Shown here in pieces: positions 1 through 10,900 of a stretch of 64,000 nt of DNA; positions within the stretch are counted from its first letter, which is position 1, and the number at the start of each line of letters is the position of its first letter. The stretch is from Deinococcus sp. (GTDB lineage Bacteria; Deinococcota; Deinococci; Deinococcales; Deinococcaceae): positions 416,001-480,000 of the forward strand of contig OZ253375.1 in the NCBI GenBank assembly GCA_965261005.1. The letters are read 5' to 3'. Under the pieces are notes generated by a model. The model ran no database searches. It saw only the letters and a list, made by a program, of their open reading frames with translations, and was not told the DNA's origin. A program made the position numbers and the translations under genes.

Positions 1-168
1 GAAGACGTCTTCAGAAACGTCGTTTTTCAATACAGTGGCCTGCACGAAGCCGCTGCCGTCGCGCAGCTTGAGAAAGTGTAGTTTGCCCTTGCTGCTTTTG
101 TCGGTCAGCCAGGCGTGCAGCGTGATCGTTTGACCGAACTGGTCCTTTAAGTCGGCGATCTGGGCCAT
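1..168 (-). CDS. asnS: Asparagine--tRNA ligase, N-terminal part (runs off the window)
   Basis: Manual translation from ATG at 168: [46 protein letters not shown], the class IIb anticodon-binding OB-fold start; TATAAT 7 nt upstream (leaderless). Confidence 0.85.
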   Translation of the reverse strand, partial: MAQIADLKDQFGQTITLHAWLTDKSSKGKLHFLKLRDGSGFVQATVLKNDVSEDVF

Positions 169-207
169 GCGGGCGATTATAGAAGCAAACCGCCCCACAC
201 GCGCCCG

Positions 208-1014
208 CTACATATTCAGCGCCAGTTCCAGCGCCTCCGCCAAGCCCCCCTGGTCCACGTCCGCCACCTGCCGGCTCGCCGCCGCACGCGCGGCCTCGTC
301 GGCGTTGCCCATCGCCACCGCAAAGCCGACCGCGCGCATGGCCACGACGTCGTTGTGGCCGTCGCCCACCATCATCACCCGCGCGAGCGGCACCCCGTAG
401 GCCGCCGCCACCTGGCGCACGGCGCTGCCCTTGTCCACGCCAGGGGCAGTCAAGCTGACGAAGAGGGTGTCCGGCATCACCGGCGAGCCGGCGGGGGAGA
501 CGCTCAAATCACCCGCCTGGGCCAGCAGCTCGTCGCGCACGGCGTCCTCATACGGCAGCAGCCACTGGGCGCGCACGATCTTACCGGAAAACGAGAGCAG
601 GTCGCGCGGCTCAAAGGGCACGCCCAGCAAGTCGGCGTGCCGGCGGGCGCGCTCGCCGGCGCTTTCCACCGCGTAGGCGCCGTCGGTGTACAGCTCCAGC
701 ACCTGCCCGCTGGCACGCGCCAAGGCGACCAAACGCCCCGCGTCTCCCTGCGGCAAGGCCACCGAGCGTGACTCGCCGCTCGCCAGGTTCACCACGCTGG
801 CCCCGTTCTGAAAGACGTGCCATCCCGCTGGGTCCAGCCGCTCGGCGTAGCCGCGCGCGTTGCCAAAGGCCGGCCGCCCCGAGCACAGCGCGAGGCGCAT
901 GCCCGCCGCCCGCGCGCGCTGGGTGGCCGCCCACACCTCCGGCAAGACCACGCCGCCCGACCCCACCAAGGTGCCGTCCACGTCAATACACACCAATCCG
1001 AGCATGCGCCTCAA
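208..1014 (-). CDS. Cof-type HAD-IIB family hydrolase (start may be ATG 1005)
   Basis: DVDGTL motif I, CSGR, GVDKG, VGDGHND..AMGNA motifs. Confidence 0.9.
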   Translation of the reverse strand: MRRMLGLVCIDVDGTLVGSGGVVLPEVWAATQRARAAGMRLALCSGRPAFGNARGYAERLDPAGWHVFQNGASVVNLASGESRSVALPQGDAGRLVALARASGQVLELYTDGAYAVESAGERARRHADLLGVPFEPRDLLSFSGKIVRAQWLLPYEDAVRDELLAQAGDLSVSPAGSPVMPDTLFVSLTAPGVDKGSAVRQVAAAYGVPLARVMMVGDGHNDVVAMRAVGFAVAMGNADEAARAAASRQVADVDQGGLAEALELALNM

Positions 1015-2750
1015 TCCTCCGTCAGCGCCACGCCGGCTTCGGCCAATTGCGCGGCGTTCACCGGCCCCGGCGCCCCGGTCATCAAGTCCACCCCGCGGTT
1101 GTTCTTGGGAAAGGCGATCACCTCCCTGATCGAGGCGGCGTGCGCCATCACCATGATCAAGCGGTCAAAGCCCCACGCGACGCCGCCGTGCGGCGGGGTG
1201 CCGTACCCGAGGGCGTCCAGAAAAAAGCCGAACTTGCCTCTCGCCTCCTCGTCGGTCAGGCCGATGGCGGCGAACATGCGGCGCTGCACTTCCGGGTCGT
1301 GAATGCGCAGCGAGCCGCCGCCCACCTCGAAGCCGTTGAGAACGAGGTCGTAGGCCTGGGCGCGGATCTGCCCCTGACGCTCGCCGCCGAAGAGGTCGAG
1401 GTCGTCCGGGTGCGGGGCGGTGAAGGGATGGTGCATGTAGGTCCAATCACCGTCCTCACCGCGCTCCAACTGTGGAAAGTCGGTGACCCACGACACGTGA
1501 AAGCGCGGTCCCGAGCCGGCCAAGTCGAACAGATCGCGCAGCGCCAAGCGCACCGCCCCCAGCGCCTCCACGGCGGGGCGCCACGCGCCGGCCGAAAACA
1601 GCAAGGTTTCGCCCTCAGAAACGCCGGTCAGTTCGATCAAAGCCCCCGCTTGCCCCGTCACAAACTTGCCGATGCCGCCCGCAAACCCCTCACCCTCGCG
1701 GCGCAGCCACGCCAGGCCGCGCGCGCCGTTCTGCTTGGCGACCCGCTCCAATTCAGCGATCTGCTTGCGGGTCAGCTCCGGGGCGCGCAGCACCTTGACG
1801 CTGTCCCCCGCCGCCACCGCGTCCCGGAAGGCGGCAAACTCGCCCCCGCGGAACAGCTCGGTCGCGTCCTGAAGCTCAAGGCCGAAGCGCAAGTCGGGCT
1901 TGTCCGAGCCGTAGCGGTCCATCGCCTCGAAGTAGGTCAGGCGCGAAAAGGGGGTGGGCAGCTCAAAGGCCAGCACCTCGGCAAAGACGTAGCGCAGCAG
2001 CCGCTCGTTCAGGTCGAGAATGTCCTCCTGGCCGACAAAGCTCATCTCCAAGTCGAGTTGGGTGAAGTCGGGCTGGCGGTCGGCGCGCAAGTCCTCGTCG
2101 CGGAAGCAGCGCGCGAATTGGTAATAGCGGTCCACCCCGGCGATCATCAAGAGCTGCTTGAAGAGCTGCGGCGATTGCGGCAGGGCGTAGAAATCCCCCC
2201 GGTTCAGCCTGGACGGCACCAGAAAGTCACGCGCGCCCTCGGGGGTGCTCAGGGTCAGCATGGGGGTCTCAACGTACACGAAGCCCTCGGCGTCCAGAAA
2301 GCGGGTGATGGCCGCCTGCACCTTGGAGCGCAGCAGCAGGTGGCGGAACATCTCCGGGCGGCGTAAGTCGAGGTAGCGGTAGCGCAGCCGCACGTCCTCG
2401 GACACGCGCTCACCGGTCTCCAGCTCAAAGGGCGGCGTGGCGGCGGCCGAGAGAAGTTCCAAGCGCGACGCCGACAGCTCGTACTGACCCAGGCCCTCTT
2501 TGCGCTGCCCCTCGGGGCGCAACCGCAACTCGCCCTCCACCTCCAGCACGTCCTCGGCGCGCACCCGCTCTGCCGCCCCAAAGGCGGGACTGTCCGGCTC
2601 CACCTGCACCTGCACCACGCCGCTGCGGTCGCGCAGCTCGATAAAAATCAGAGCGCCGAGGTCACGCCGCCGCGCCGCCCAGCCCTGCAACATGACCCGC
2701 TGACCCAGCCAGGCCTCGCCCATCTCGCCGATGTATCCGCTTCGCTTCAC
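1011..2750 (-). CDS. aspS: Aspartate--tRNA ligase (bacterial type)
   Basis: [55 protein letters not shown] motifs. Confidence 0.97.
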   Translation of the reverse strand: MKRSGYIGEMGEAWLGQRVMLQGWAARRRDLGALIFIELRDRSGVVQVQVEPDSPAFGAAERVRAEDVLEVEGELRLRPEGQRKEGLGQYELSASRLELLSAAATPPFELETGERVSEDVRLRYRYLDLRRPEMFRHLLLRSKVQAAITRFLDAEGFVYVETPMLTLSTPEGARDFLVPSRLNRGDFYALPQSPQLFKQLLMIAGVDRYYQFARCFRDEDLRADRQPDFTQLDLEMSFVGQEDILDLNERLLRYVFAEVLAFELPTPFSRLTYFEAMDRYGSDKPDLRFGLELQDATELFRGGEFAAFRDAVAAGDSVKVLRAPELTRKQIAELERVAKQNGARGLAWLRREGEGFAGGIGKFVTGQAGALIELTGVSEGETLLFSAGAWRPAVEALGAVRLALRDLFDLAGSGPRFHVSWVTDFPQLERGEDGDWTYMHHPFTAPHPDDLDLFGGERQGQIRAQAYDLVLNGFEVGGGSLRIHDPEVQRRMFAAIGLTDEEARGKFGFFLDALGYGTPPHGGVAWGFDRLIMVMAHAASIREVIAFPKNNRGVDLMTGAPGPVNAAQLAEAGVALTED

Positions 2751-4078
2751 AACCGCTCCTCTGTCACGGCGCTTTCCCCGCCGAACACACGCCCCGCCAA
2801 AAAGTCCAGCAACTCCGCTTGCGCCACCTCGTCCTGTCGCCCGCTGACCAAGTCGCGCACGCTCAAGGTACCCGAAGCGGCCTCACGCTCGCCCAGCAGC
2901 GCCGCGAAGCGCGCCCCGCGCCGCGCCGCGTCTTGCAGGGCGGCGGCCGGCTTGCGCGCGCGCACCGCGAACTCGGCCCGGCCCAGCTCGCGCGCCGCCA
3001 AGGTCAGTTGGGCCGCCTCGGCGACCAGTTCCTCGTCGAGGGCCGCCACGAACAGCAGCGGCGGGGCCGCTTCCGGCACCGTGACCCCCTCCGCCTGAAG
3101 GGCCAGCAGCGCCCGCTCCACCCCAAAGGCCCAGCCGACCGCCGGCGTGGGCGGGCCACCCAGCTCACCGATCAGCCCGTCGTAGCGCCCGCCGCCGCCC
3201 AGGGCGCTTTGGGCGCCAAGGCCCGCGTGGTGCACCTCCCAAGCGGTGCGGTTGTAGTAATCCAGGCCGCGCACCAGGGTCGGGTCGAGAATGTACGCCA
3301 CCCCCCAAGCGTCCAAAAAGCCGCGTACCGCCGCGAAGTGCGCGGCCGCCGCCGGCCCGAGGAAGTCGAGCATCGGCCGCGGGGCGAGTTCGCGCAGCAC
3401 GGCCCCATCGCCGGCGTCCTTGCTGTCGAGAATGCGCATCGGGTTGCGCAACAGGCGCTCGCGCGAATCGGCCGAGAGTCGGTCCTCTGCCGCGCCGAAC
3501 ACCTCCCTCAGGTAGGCGTTGTACGCCGCGCGGTCCCCCGAATCGCCCAGCGAGCCGAGCCGCAGCTCGAGGCCCGTGAGTCCCAATTGGCGGTACACCC
3601 GCAGCATCAGCGCGATGGCCTCGGCGTCCAGCACGGCCTCTGCCCCGCCAATCACCTCGTAGTCCACCTGGTGAAACTGGCGGTAGCGCCCGCGCTGGTT
3701 GCGCTCGGCGCGGAACATCGCCCCGTGGGTCCACAGCCGCAGGGGAGAGGGCAGCTGCTTGAGGCCGTTCTCCAGGTAGGCGCGCGCCAAGGGCGCGGTG
3801 CCCTCCGGGCGCAAGATATACCCGCCGTGCTCGCCGAAGTAGGTCACGCGGAACATCTCCTTGCGCACGATGTCGCTCGACCCGCCGACCCCGCGCCGCA
3901 CCAAGTCCGCCTCCTCGAACATGGGCGTGACCATCAATTGGGCGCCGGCGCGCGAAAGCGCCTCGCCCGCCACGGCGACGACGTGGGCGTGGGCGCGCGC
4001 GCTGGTGAGCAACTCCGCTTTGGGCGTCCCCTGAGGCAGCAGATCGAGGGTGCCCTGGGGCTTTTTCAAAAGGGCCAT
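2747..4078 (-). CDS. hisS: Histidine--tRNA ligase
   Basis: [38 protein letters not shown]; start moved to ATG 4078, 7 nt after TATACT. Confidence 0.96.
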   Translation of the reverse strand: MALLKKPQGTLDLLPQGTPKAELLTSARAHAHVVAVAGEALSRAGAQLMVTPMFEEADLVRRGVGGSSDIVRKEMFRVTYFGEHGGYILRPEGTAPLARAYLENGLKQLPSPLRLWTHGAMFRAERNQRGRYRQFHQVDYEVIGGAEAVLDAEAIALMLRVYRQLGLTGLELRLGSLGDSGDRAAYNAYLREVFGAAEDRLSADSRERLLRNPMRILDSKDAGDGAVLRELAPRPMLDFLGPAAAAHFAAVRGFLDAWGVAYILDPTLVRGLDYYNRTAWEVHHAGLGAQSALGGGGRYDGLIGELGGPPTPAVGWAFGVERALLALQAEGVTVPEAAPPLLFVAALDEELVAEAAQLTLAARELGRAEFAVRARKPAAALQDAARRGARFAALLGEREAASGTLSVRDLVSGRQDEVAQAELLDFLAGRVFGGESAVTEERL

Positions 4079-4142
4079 GTCGGCCAGTATAGCCAGCCCG
4101 ACGGCCGTGACTTTTTTAGACGAACATTGAAACGAAAAAACG

Positions 4143-4175
4143 AAAAAAGGCGCCGCCCCCAAACGGGACGTCGCC
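4143..4175 (-). terminator. Intrinsic terminator after the IPT/TIG lipoprotein gene
   Basis: GC-rich imperfect hairpin (GGCGACGTCCC...GGGGCGGCGCC) followed by T6 on the minus strand. Confidence 0.65.
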
Positions 4176-4188
4176 CACAACCGAGCGC

Positions 4189-4569
4189 CTACTGCCGGAC
4201 GCTGTAGGGCAAGCCGGTCGAGCGCAGACCCGCCACCTCGACGAACAGCCAGCCGCCGCCGACCGGGGCGCCCGGCGGCACGGTGAACACGATTTTGGAG
4301 TCGGTCCAGCTGACCACGGCGCCCGCCGGAATCAGGTAGCCGCCGGCGCCGGTCACATCGGCGCCAAGGCGCACCCGCCCGGTCGTGGGGCCGCCCAGAT
4401 AACGGCCCTGCACCGTGACGGTTTCGCCGGGCCGCGCGGCCTCGCCGACCTTGAGCAGCACGGGCGTCACGCTGACGCCGAGGGTCGTTTGGGGCCGGGG
4501 CATGCAGCCGGCGAGCAGCGGAAAGAGCAAAAGGGATACAATCAAGACACGCGACACGTTGGCCTCCAT
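4189..4569 (-). CDS. Lipoprotein with IPT/TIG-like Ig domain
   Basis: Lipobox [13 protein letters not shown] and [12 protein letters not shown] are typical IPT/TIG motifs. Confidence 0.75.
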   Translation of the reverse strand: MEANVSRVLIVSLLLFPLLAGCMPRPQTTLGVSVTPVLLKVGEAARPGETVTVQGRYLGGPTTGRVRLGADVTGAGGYLIPAGAVVSWTDSKIVFTVPPGAPVGGGWLFVEVAGLRSTGLPYSVRQ

Positions 4570-4593
4570 GAGAACAGCTTAATCTTTTTAAGA

Positions 4594-5520
4594 ATGACGG
4601 GTCAACTGAACAACCGCCGTATATTACTTCTCGAAAATCCGAAGTCCGGCGCGGGCGCGGGCGCCCAGGCCCTGAGCGCGCTGCTCAGGCGGCAGGGCGC
4701 TCAGCTGACGGTGCGCGTGCTGGAAGCGGACGTGGCCTGCGAACGCTACTTGCGCGACCTGCGCGAGTTCGACACCTTGGTGGTGGCCGGCGGCGACGGC
4801 ACGGTCAGCTCGGTGAGCTACGCGGCGCGCGGCAGCGGCGTCCCCATGCTGATCTGTCCGGCGGGCACCGCCAACTTGGTGGCGCAGAATTTACAGCTGC
4901 CCAGCTCACCGGAGGCGCTGCTGGGCGTGTTGCGGCGCGGCCAGGTTGTCACCACGGACCTCGGCGAACTGGAGGTTAGCGATCAGCTGTACGGCTTCGC
5001 CATGCTGGCCGGCGCGGGCCTCGACGCCGAGATCATTCGCGGAAGCGAGGACCTCAAGGCCAAGCTCGGCGCGCTGTCCTACCTGGTCAGCGGGTTCAAG
5101 CAGCTCTCGCCCACGCAGACCCGCTTCATCCTCGACCTCGATGGGCGCCGAATCGAAACCGAGGGCCTCTCGGTTTTGATCGCCAACTTCGGCCGGCTCA
5201 ACTTCCGCCTGCCGATTGCGGCCGGCATCGACCCCGCCGACGGCCAGCTGAGCGTGCTGATCGTCAAGGGCCAACACGTCGTGAGCCTGCTGCCCCACCT
5301 GCTGGGCGCCCTGAGCGTCAAGCTGGGCCTACGGGCGCCCGCACCGCACCGCAATCTGGAGCGCTACACCTGCGCGCAGGTGCGCGTCGAGGCCGACCAC
5401 GCCTTGCCGCTGGAGTACGACGGCGAGCTGCTGAAGGCGTCCCTTCCGATGACGTTGCGGGTGCTGCCGGGGGCGGCCCTGTTTCTGACCGACCTGACGC
5501 CAGGGGTGCTGACCACCTGA
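4594..5520 (+). CDS. Diacylglycerol/lipid kinase family protein (YegS/DgkB-like)
   Basis: [30 protein letters not shown] motifs; start approximate. Confidence 0.9.
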   Translation: MTGQLNNRRILLLENPKSGAGAGAQALSALLRRQGAQLTVRVLEADVACERYLRDLREFDTLVVAGGDGTVSSVSYAARGSGVPMLICPAGTANLVAQNLQLPSSPEALLGVLRRGQVVTTDLGELEVSDQLYGFAMLAGAGLDAEIIRGSEDLKAKLGALSYLVSGFKQLSPTQTRFILDLDGRRIETEGLSVLIANFGRLNFRLPIAAGIDPADGQLSVLIVKGQHVVSLLPHLLGALSVKLGLRAPAPHRNLERYTCAQVRVEADHALPLEYDGELLKASLPMTLRVLPGAALFLTDLTPGVLTT

Positions 5521-5524
5521 CCAT

Positions 5525-6562
5525 CTAAAGCTCGTCCTCGACTTTCTCCAGCGCCTCACGGCGAACGTCTGCGTCCAGCTTGGCGTAGATGGCGCTGGTG
5601 GCGATGTTGGCATGGCCCAGCAAATCGGCCACCACGTGGAGGTCGCGCGTGGCGCGGTACAGGCGGGTGCCGGCGGTGCGGCGCAGGGTGTGAACGCCAA
5701 ACATGTCCTTTGGCAAGCCCGCCCGCGCCAGGTAGCCGTTCACCACCTCGCGCAACCCCCGCACGGAGAGCCGCGCGCCCAGATGTGAGGGACGAAACGA
5801 GATCAGCAGCGCCTGCTCGCCCGCCGGCAGCGCGCCGCGCAGGCGCATGGCCTCGCGGGCCAGCAGCCAGCGACCGAAGTCCTGCGCGGCGGCGCGGGTC
5901 AGCGGCAGGCGGCGGGCCTTGCCCCCCTTGCCCAGCCGGACGTGCAGCTCGCCCAACCCGAGGTCGAGGTCGTGGACGTTCAGCCCCACCATCTCGCCGG
6001 CGCGCAAGCCCAGCGTGGCGCCCAGCGTTAGAATCGCCGCGTCGCGCGCGGCCATCTCATGGTCGCCGTGCAGTTCCGCCGGCAACGCCAGCAGCCGTCT
6101 CAGCTGGGCGGGCGGCACGGCCCGCTTGCGTGCGTGCGCGGGCGTGGGATCGTGCGGCGGCTTCACGCCCGACGCCGGGTCCTCGCGCAGGGCGCCCGAC
6201 CACACCAGCGCCCGAAACAGGGCGCGCAGGCCGTACAGATAGCTGCGCACGCTGGAAAGCGCCAAGCCGCGGGCGCGCAGCCCGATCAGATAGCGCTCGA
6301 TTACCTCATCGTCAAGCTGGTTGAGGGCGTGCCTGGGCCGCTCCGGCGGCCCGGTGAAGTTGAGAAAGTCGCGCAGCGCGAGACGGTAGGCGCGCAGGGT
6401 CGCGTCGCTGACCGCGCCGGCCCGGCGGCTCTTGAGGCGCAGATGGTACTCCAGCAGATCGCCCAAAGCGTCCTCGTCTTGGGCGTGGGCGGCGCGCAGC
6501 GCCTCGCGGCGGCGATTCTCGGGGGTGGCCCACCTGCTCGACAGCGTGATCTCGGCGCTCAT
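5525..6562 (-). CDS. Tyrosine recombinase (Xer/integrase family)
   Basis: Full catalytic set: GLRAGE (R), GKGGKAR (K), HTLRR (HxxR), LLGHA (H), IYA (Y); SAM-like N-terminal domain. Confidence 0.93.
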   Translation of the reverse strand: MSAEITLSSRWATPENRRREALRAAHAQDEDALGDLLEYHLRLKSRRAGAVSDATLRAYRLALRDFLNFTGPPERPRHALNQLDDEVIERYLIGLRARGLALSSVRSYLYGLRALFRALVWSGALREDPASGVKPPHDPTPAHARKRAVPPAQLRRLLALPAELHGDHEMAARDAAILTLGATLGLRAGEMVGLNVHDLDLGLGELHVRLGKGGKARRLPLTRAAAQDFGRWLLAREAMRLRGALPAGEQALLISFRPSHLGARLSVRGLREVVNGYLARAGLPKDMFGVHTLRRTAGTRLYRATRDLHVVADLLGHANIATSAIYAKLDADVRREALEKVEDEL

Positions 6563-6566
6563 GGAT

Positions 6567-6620
6567 GGCAGTCTACCCTATTGCCGCTAAGTGTCATTAG
6601 CGGCAATAGGGTAGACTGCC
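6567..6620. repeat. Perfect 24-bp inverted repeat with 6-bp spacer; candidate recombination/operator site
   Basis: GGCAGTCTACCCTATTGCCGCTAA-GTGTCA-TTAGCGGCAATAGGGTAGACTGCC; arms are exact reverse complements. Confidence 0.9.
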
Positions 6621-6647
6621 GCCTCCACATCTTGAACGGCACCCTCA

Positions 6648-6664
6648 TTCTGTTATAGACTAAA
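6648..6664 (+). promoter_or_regulatory. Radiation/desiccation response motif (RDRM, DdrO operator) overlapping the ddrA -10
   Basis: 17-mer TTCTGTTATAGACTAAA, 3 nt before the ddrA ATG; overlaps TAGACT (6656-6661); TTGAAC at 6632-6637 is a candidate -35. Confidence 0.85.
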
Positions 6665-6667
6665 TCC

Positions 6668-7270
6668 ATGAAGCTCAGCGATGTTCAGAGACGACTGGCG
6701 GCCCCCTTTCCCAGCCACGAGGTCGCTTGGAAGCCGCAAGCCATCAGCAAAGACAAAAGGCGCGCTTTGATGGTCGCCTACGTGGACGCCCGCGCCGTGA
6801 TGGAGCGCCTGGACGCGGTGTGCCCGAACGAGTGGAACTTTGAAATCGAGGTGGTGCCAGGAACGCCAACACCCACCGCCAAGGGACGGCTGACCGTGCT
6901 CGGCGTCGTCCGCGAGGACATCGGCGAGGCCGGCGAGGGTGAGGCCGGTACCCTCAAGGCGGCGGCCAGCGACGCCCTCAAGCGGTGTGCCGTTCACTTC
7001 GGCGTGGGGCGTTACCTGTACGACCTGCCGCTGGGCTGGATGGACTGGGACGAGGCGAGGCGGGCGCCGATGCGGACGCCGGAATTGCCCGAGTGGGCCA
7101 GGCCCGAACCCGAACGCACCCCCGGCGGCGCCCACTTGGTGCAGGCGCTCGAACAGCTGCGCTTCGAGTTGCCCGCCGACCTCGGCTTGCAGCGCGACAT
7201 CTACAAGCACCTGCGCGCGGCGCTGGCGACCATCAAACCGGAAGGAACGCTGGGCGAGCGCGCGGCCTGA
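6668..7270 (+). CDS. ddrA: DNA damage response protein DdrA (Rad52/Rad22 family)
   Basis: MKLSDVQRRL.APFP, VDARAV..RLD.VCP, KAAASDALKRCAV.FG.GRYLYDLP, ERTPGGAHLVQA closely resemble deinococcal DdrA. Confidence 0.95.
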   Translation: MKLSDVQRRLAAPFPSHEVAWKPQAISKDKRRALMVAYVDARAVMERLDAVCPNEWNFEIEVVPGTPTPTAKGRLTVLGVVREDIGEAGEGEAGTLKAAASDALKRCAVHFGVGRYLYDLPLGWMDWDEARRAPMRTPELPEWARPEPERTPGGAHLVQALEQLRFELPADLGLQRDIYKHLRAALATIKPEGTLGERAA

Positions 7271-7284
7271 CCCGGGCGACCTGG

Positions 7285-7920
7285 TTACTCGGCCGGTCCC
7301 CGAATCTCCTCCGGGCGCACCTCGTGCGCCTCATGGTCGCGCTCGAAGAGTTCTTTTTGGGCGCGGGCCTGCACGTCGGGATGGTGGGACTGTTGGTCCT
7401 CCTTGGCCTGATGGCTGTAGCGCTGAAAAAACACCAAGGCGAAGACCACCACCGACAAGGCGCCGCCGAACTGCAAGGTCTGGATTGGCGCGTCCCAGCG
7501 AATGAAGTGTTCCAAAAAGGTGACGCCCATGATCACGATGATGACGCTGATGACCTTGCTCTCCAAGTCGTTGAGGGTCTCGACGCCCAGCGACACGGTC
7601 AAGTTCAGCGGCGCGATGAACAGGCTGTAAAGGCCGACGCCGATAATGTAGAACACCACCGCCTTGAGCATCACGCTGACGATCTCCAAGAACTGCACCG
7701 TCAGGTCGGTGCTGTTGAGGTTGCCGTCGAAAACGCGCGTCCAAGCGGCCCAAATGCTGCCGACCGCCTGCACGGTGCCCAGCAAAAACAGCGAGACCGC
7801 CACCAACATCACGGCGACCACAGCCAGCAGGACGATAAAACGCGAGCGGCCGATCACCTTGCTGAAGGGGGTGGGCGGCTTCTGGGCGGGGTCCACGGGA
7901 GCGCGCTGTGCTTTGGTCAT
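7285..7920 (-). CDS. YqhA/UPF0114-family membrane protein
   Basis: Four hydrophobic segments; GLYSLFI and LNDLESKV motifs. Confidence 0.8.
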   Translation of the reverse strand: MTKAQRAPVDPAQKPPTPFSKVIGRSRFIVLLAVVAVMLVAVSLFLLGTVQAVGSIWAAWTRVFDGNLNSTDLTVQFLEIVSVMLKAVVFYIIGVGLYSLFIAPLNLTVSLGVETLNDLESKVISVIIVIMGVTFLEHFIRWDAPIQTLQFGGALSVVVFALVFFQRYSHQAKEDQQSHHPDVQARAQKELFERDHEAHEVRPEEIRGPAE

Positions 7921-7930
7921 AGGTTGCCTT

Positions 7931-10900
7931 TCAAGATGTCACTTCCCCGGCGCGGCGAATGCTCAGCGCGCGCGAAGCGCCGTCCCCGCCCGTGGTGACG
8001 CCCCACAGCGCGTCCGCCACCTCCATGGTGGCCTTTTGGTGGGTCACCAAGATAAATTGCGTGCCGCGCGCCGCGAAGCGGGTCAAAAAGTGCGTGAAGC
8101 GACGGATGTTGGCCTCGTCGAGGGGCGCGTCCACCTCGTCGAGCACGGCCAGCGCCAAGCCGCGATCCTCGGCGGCGTGCCCGAGGGCGAACAAAAAGGC
8201 GAGGCCCGCCATGGTCCGCTCTCCGGCCGAGAGCAGGTGCATGGCGCGGGTGCGCTTGCCGCCGGGCTGCACGCTCAGCTGGAGGCCACACGGCAGGCCC
8301 GCCTCGTCGTAGGCCGCCTCCAACTCGCCCACCCCGCCGAGCAGCTCGCGGACGTACTCGCCGTAAGCGCGCCGCACCCGCGCGTGAGCGTCCCCGAGCT
8401 GCGCGCCCGCTTCACGCTCCAAGGCGGCGAGGGCGGCGCGCAGTTCCGAGGCGGCGTCCTCGGCGTCCTGTCGTTCGCGCGCGAGGGCGCTCAGCTCCGC
8501 CTCGGCGCGGGCATACTCGGCCTCGGCGCGGTCGTTGACGGGGCCGAGTCGGGCGCGCTCGCCGCGAACCCGGGCCAGTTCGGCGGGCCAGCCGCGCGCG
8601 TCGCCGGGCAGCTCGGCGCCGGGGGGAACATCCTCCAGCAACGCCTCGCGCCGGGCCAAGGTCAGGCGCGTCTCTTCGAGGGTGGCGCGCAGCTCGTTTT
8701 GGCGCCGGGCGAGCGAGGTATGAATCCCGGTCCACTCGGCCAGTTGCCGCTCGGTGGCCGACAAGGCGTCGTCAAGGCCGGCCTGTTCCTCCCAAGCCGT
8801 TCGGCGCCGCCGCGCCTCAAGCTGCGCCTCCTTTGCCAAGGCGGCTTGGTCGGCGAGCTGGGCTGTCAGGACGGCCCGGCGCGCTTCCAACTGCGCCGCC
8901 CGCGAGCGGGCGGCGCGTGCAGCTTCATGAGCGCGAACCAGCTCGCGGGCCTCTGACAACGCGTGTTGCGCGGCCCGCTCGTCAGCGCGGCGCGCGTGCA
9001 GCTCGCCTTGACGCCGGGCGTGCCGGGCCTCCGCCGCGGGCAGATCGGCAGCTTCGCCGCCGGGCGCCGTTTCGGGCGCGCCGCGCGGCTGGTGGTGCAG
9101 GCGGCCGTGCAGGCGACTATGCAACTGGCTATGCAACTCGTCGCGGCGCGTCCTGGCGGCCTGCACGGTCGCCTCGGCGGCGTCCTGGGCGCGCGCCGCC
9201 TCGCGCGCCGCCGAGGTGGCGGCGCGCTGAAGCGCCGCCGAGGTGGCGAGACGCCCTTCCAAAACGCGCGCCTCGGCGCCGTGGCGGGCCGCCTTGGCCG
9301 TCAGGTCGTCACGCTCCAGCTGCAGGCCGCGCAGTTCGGTGTCCAGTTCGGTGAGCCGCCGCGCGTCCGCCAGGTGGTTCGCGCCCGCGTCGCGCGGTTG
9401 GCCGCCGCTGAGGGCGCCGCCGGGTTCGATCAGCTCGCCCTCCGGCGTGACCAGACGTGGGCGCGCGGCGTGGGCGCGGGCCAGTTGGGCGGCGGCGCGC
9501 AGGTCGCGCAGCAGCAGCGTGTCGCCCAGCAGCGCCTCGGCCACGACGCCCGGTTGGCTGAAACACAAGTCGGCCAGGTTGCCCAGCACGCCCGCTGCGC
9601 GTAAAAAGGCGCCCGCGCGGCGCGGCCGGACGCGCAGCAAGTCGAGCGGCAAAAAGGTGGCGCGCCCGCCTTCGCGCTTCAGCCGCTCGATCACTTGGCG
9701 CGCCACCTCTGTGTCCCGCACCACCACCTGCTCCAGGCGCCGTCCCAGCGCCGCCGTGACGGCCAACTCAAACTCCGGGGGCACCGTCAGCACATCGGCC
9801 ACCGCGCCCATCACGCCGTCCTCGCCGGCGCGCAGGGCGTTGCGCGCGCCCTCGCCGTAGCGGGCGAAGCTGGCCGTGAGCCGCGCCAAGTGATCGCGCT
9901 CGCGCGTCAGCGGCCCGCTCGCGGCGAGGACGGCCTGTAGGCGCGCGGTGACCTCGCGCGCGCCGCTGTGCGAACGCTCCAGATCATGGGCCGCCGACGC
10001 GCGTTCGGCGGCGGCCGTCGCCAACTGGGCCTCCGCCTGAAGGGCTTGGGCCGCGTGCCGGGCGGTTTCGGCCGCCGCGAGCGCCGCTTCCGCACGGACC
10101 AGCTCGCTTTGCAGCGTGTCGCGGGCCGTTTCGGCGCGCGCCCGCGCGTCTTGCCGCCGCACGTGCTCGGCGCGCAGGCGGGTCAGCTGAAGTTCGTCCA
10201 CGCGCACCTCACGCTCCAAAGCCTCGGCCGCGCGCCCGTGGGCGTCCAGCTGGGCGCGGAGAGCGTTCAGGTCTGGCGGGGGGCCGGGCGTGGGCGCGAC
10301 CACATCGAGTGCAGTCATTCCCAGTGAGGCCAGTTCGGCGCTCAAGCGCGACTCCTCGGCGCGCAAGTGGTCCAGGTAGCTGGCGGCTTGCCGGGCGGCC
10401 CCGTCGGCGGCGCTCAGGGCGCTGTGCAGCGCGGCGCGCGCCGCCACCTGGGCGCGCAGCGCGCCGAGCGCCTCGCGCGCCGCCGCTTGGGCGCTTTGGG
10501 CCTCGGTCAGGCGCCCGGCCACGGCGGCGGACTGCGTCCTCAGCTCGGCCACGCGCGCGCACAGCTGGGCGATCTCCCCCATCAGACCGCGCCGCCGCGC
10601 CCGCGCCAACGTATCCTCCAGCGCCAATTCACGCGCCCGCAGCGCGCGGGCGGCCTGAGCCGCGTCCGCCTCTCGCCGCAGCGTGCAGGCGCGCGCGGCG
10701 CGCTCCTCTTCGAGCAGGCGCGCGCCTTCCAGGCTCACCTCGGCCGCGTGCAGCTGGGCGCGGGTCTCGCCGCGCATGTGGCGACCCCCGCTGAGGCCCG
10801 CCGCCTCTTCCAGGTAGCCCAGCAAGGTGGCGCCGTCGGCGTGCACCACCCCGGACACCTCGCCCTGCCCGATCACCGCCAAGCCGCCGGGTCCCAGGCC

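Noticed and set aside
6567..6620. Palindrome as a terminator, protelomerase site or prophage att
   Set aside because: It lies between divergent genes with no U-tract; the spacer is asymmetric and the protein is Xer-sized rather than TelN-like; no phage genes or flanking direct repeats were seen.
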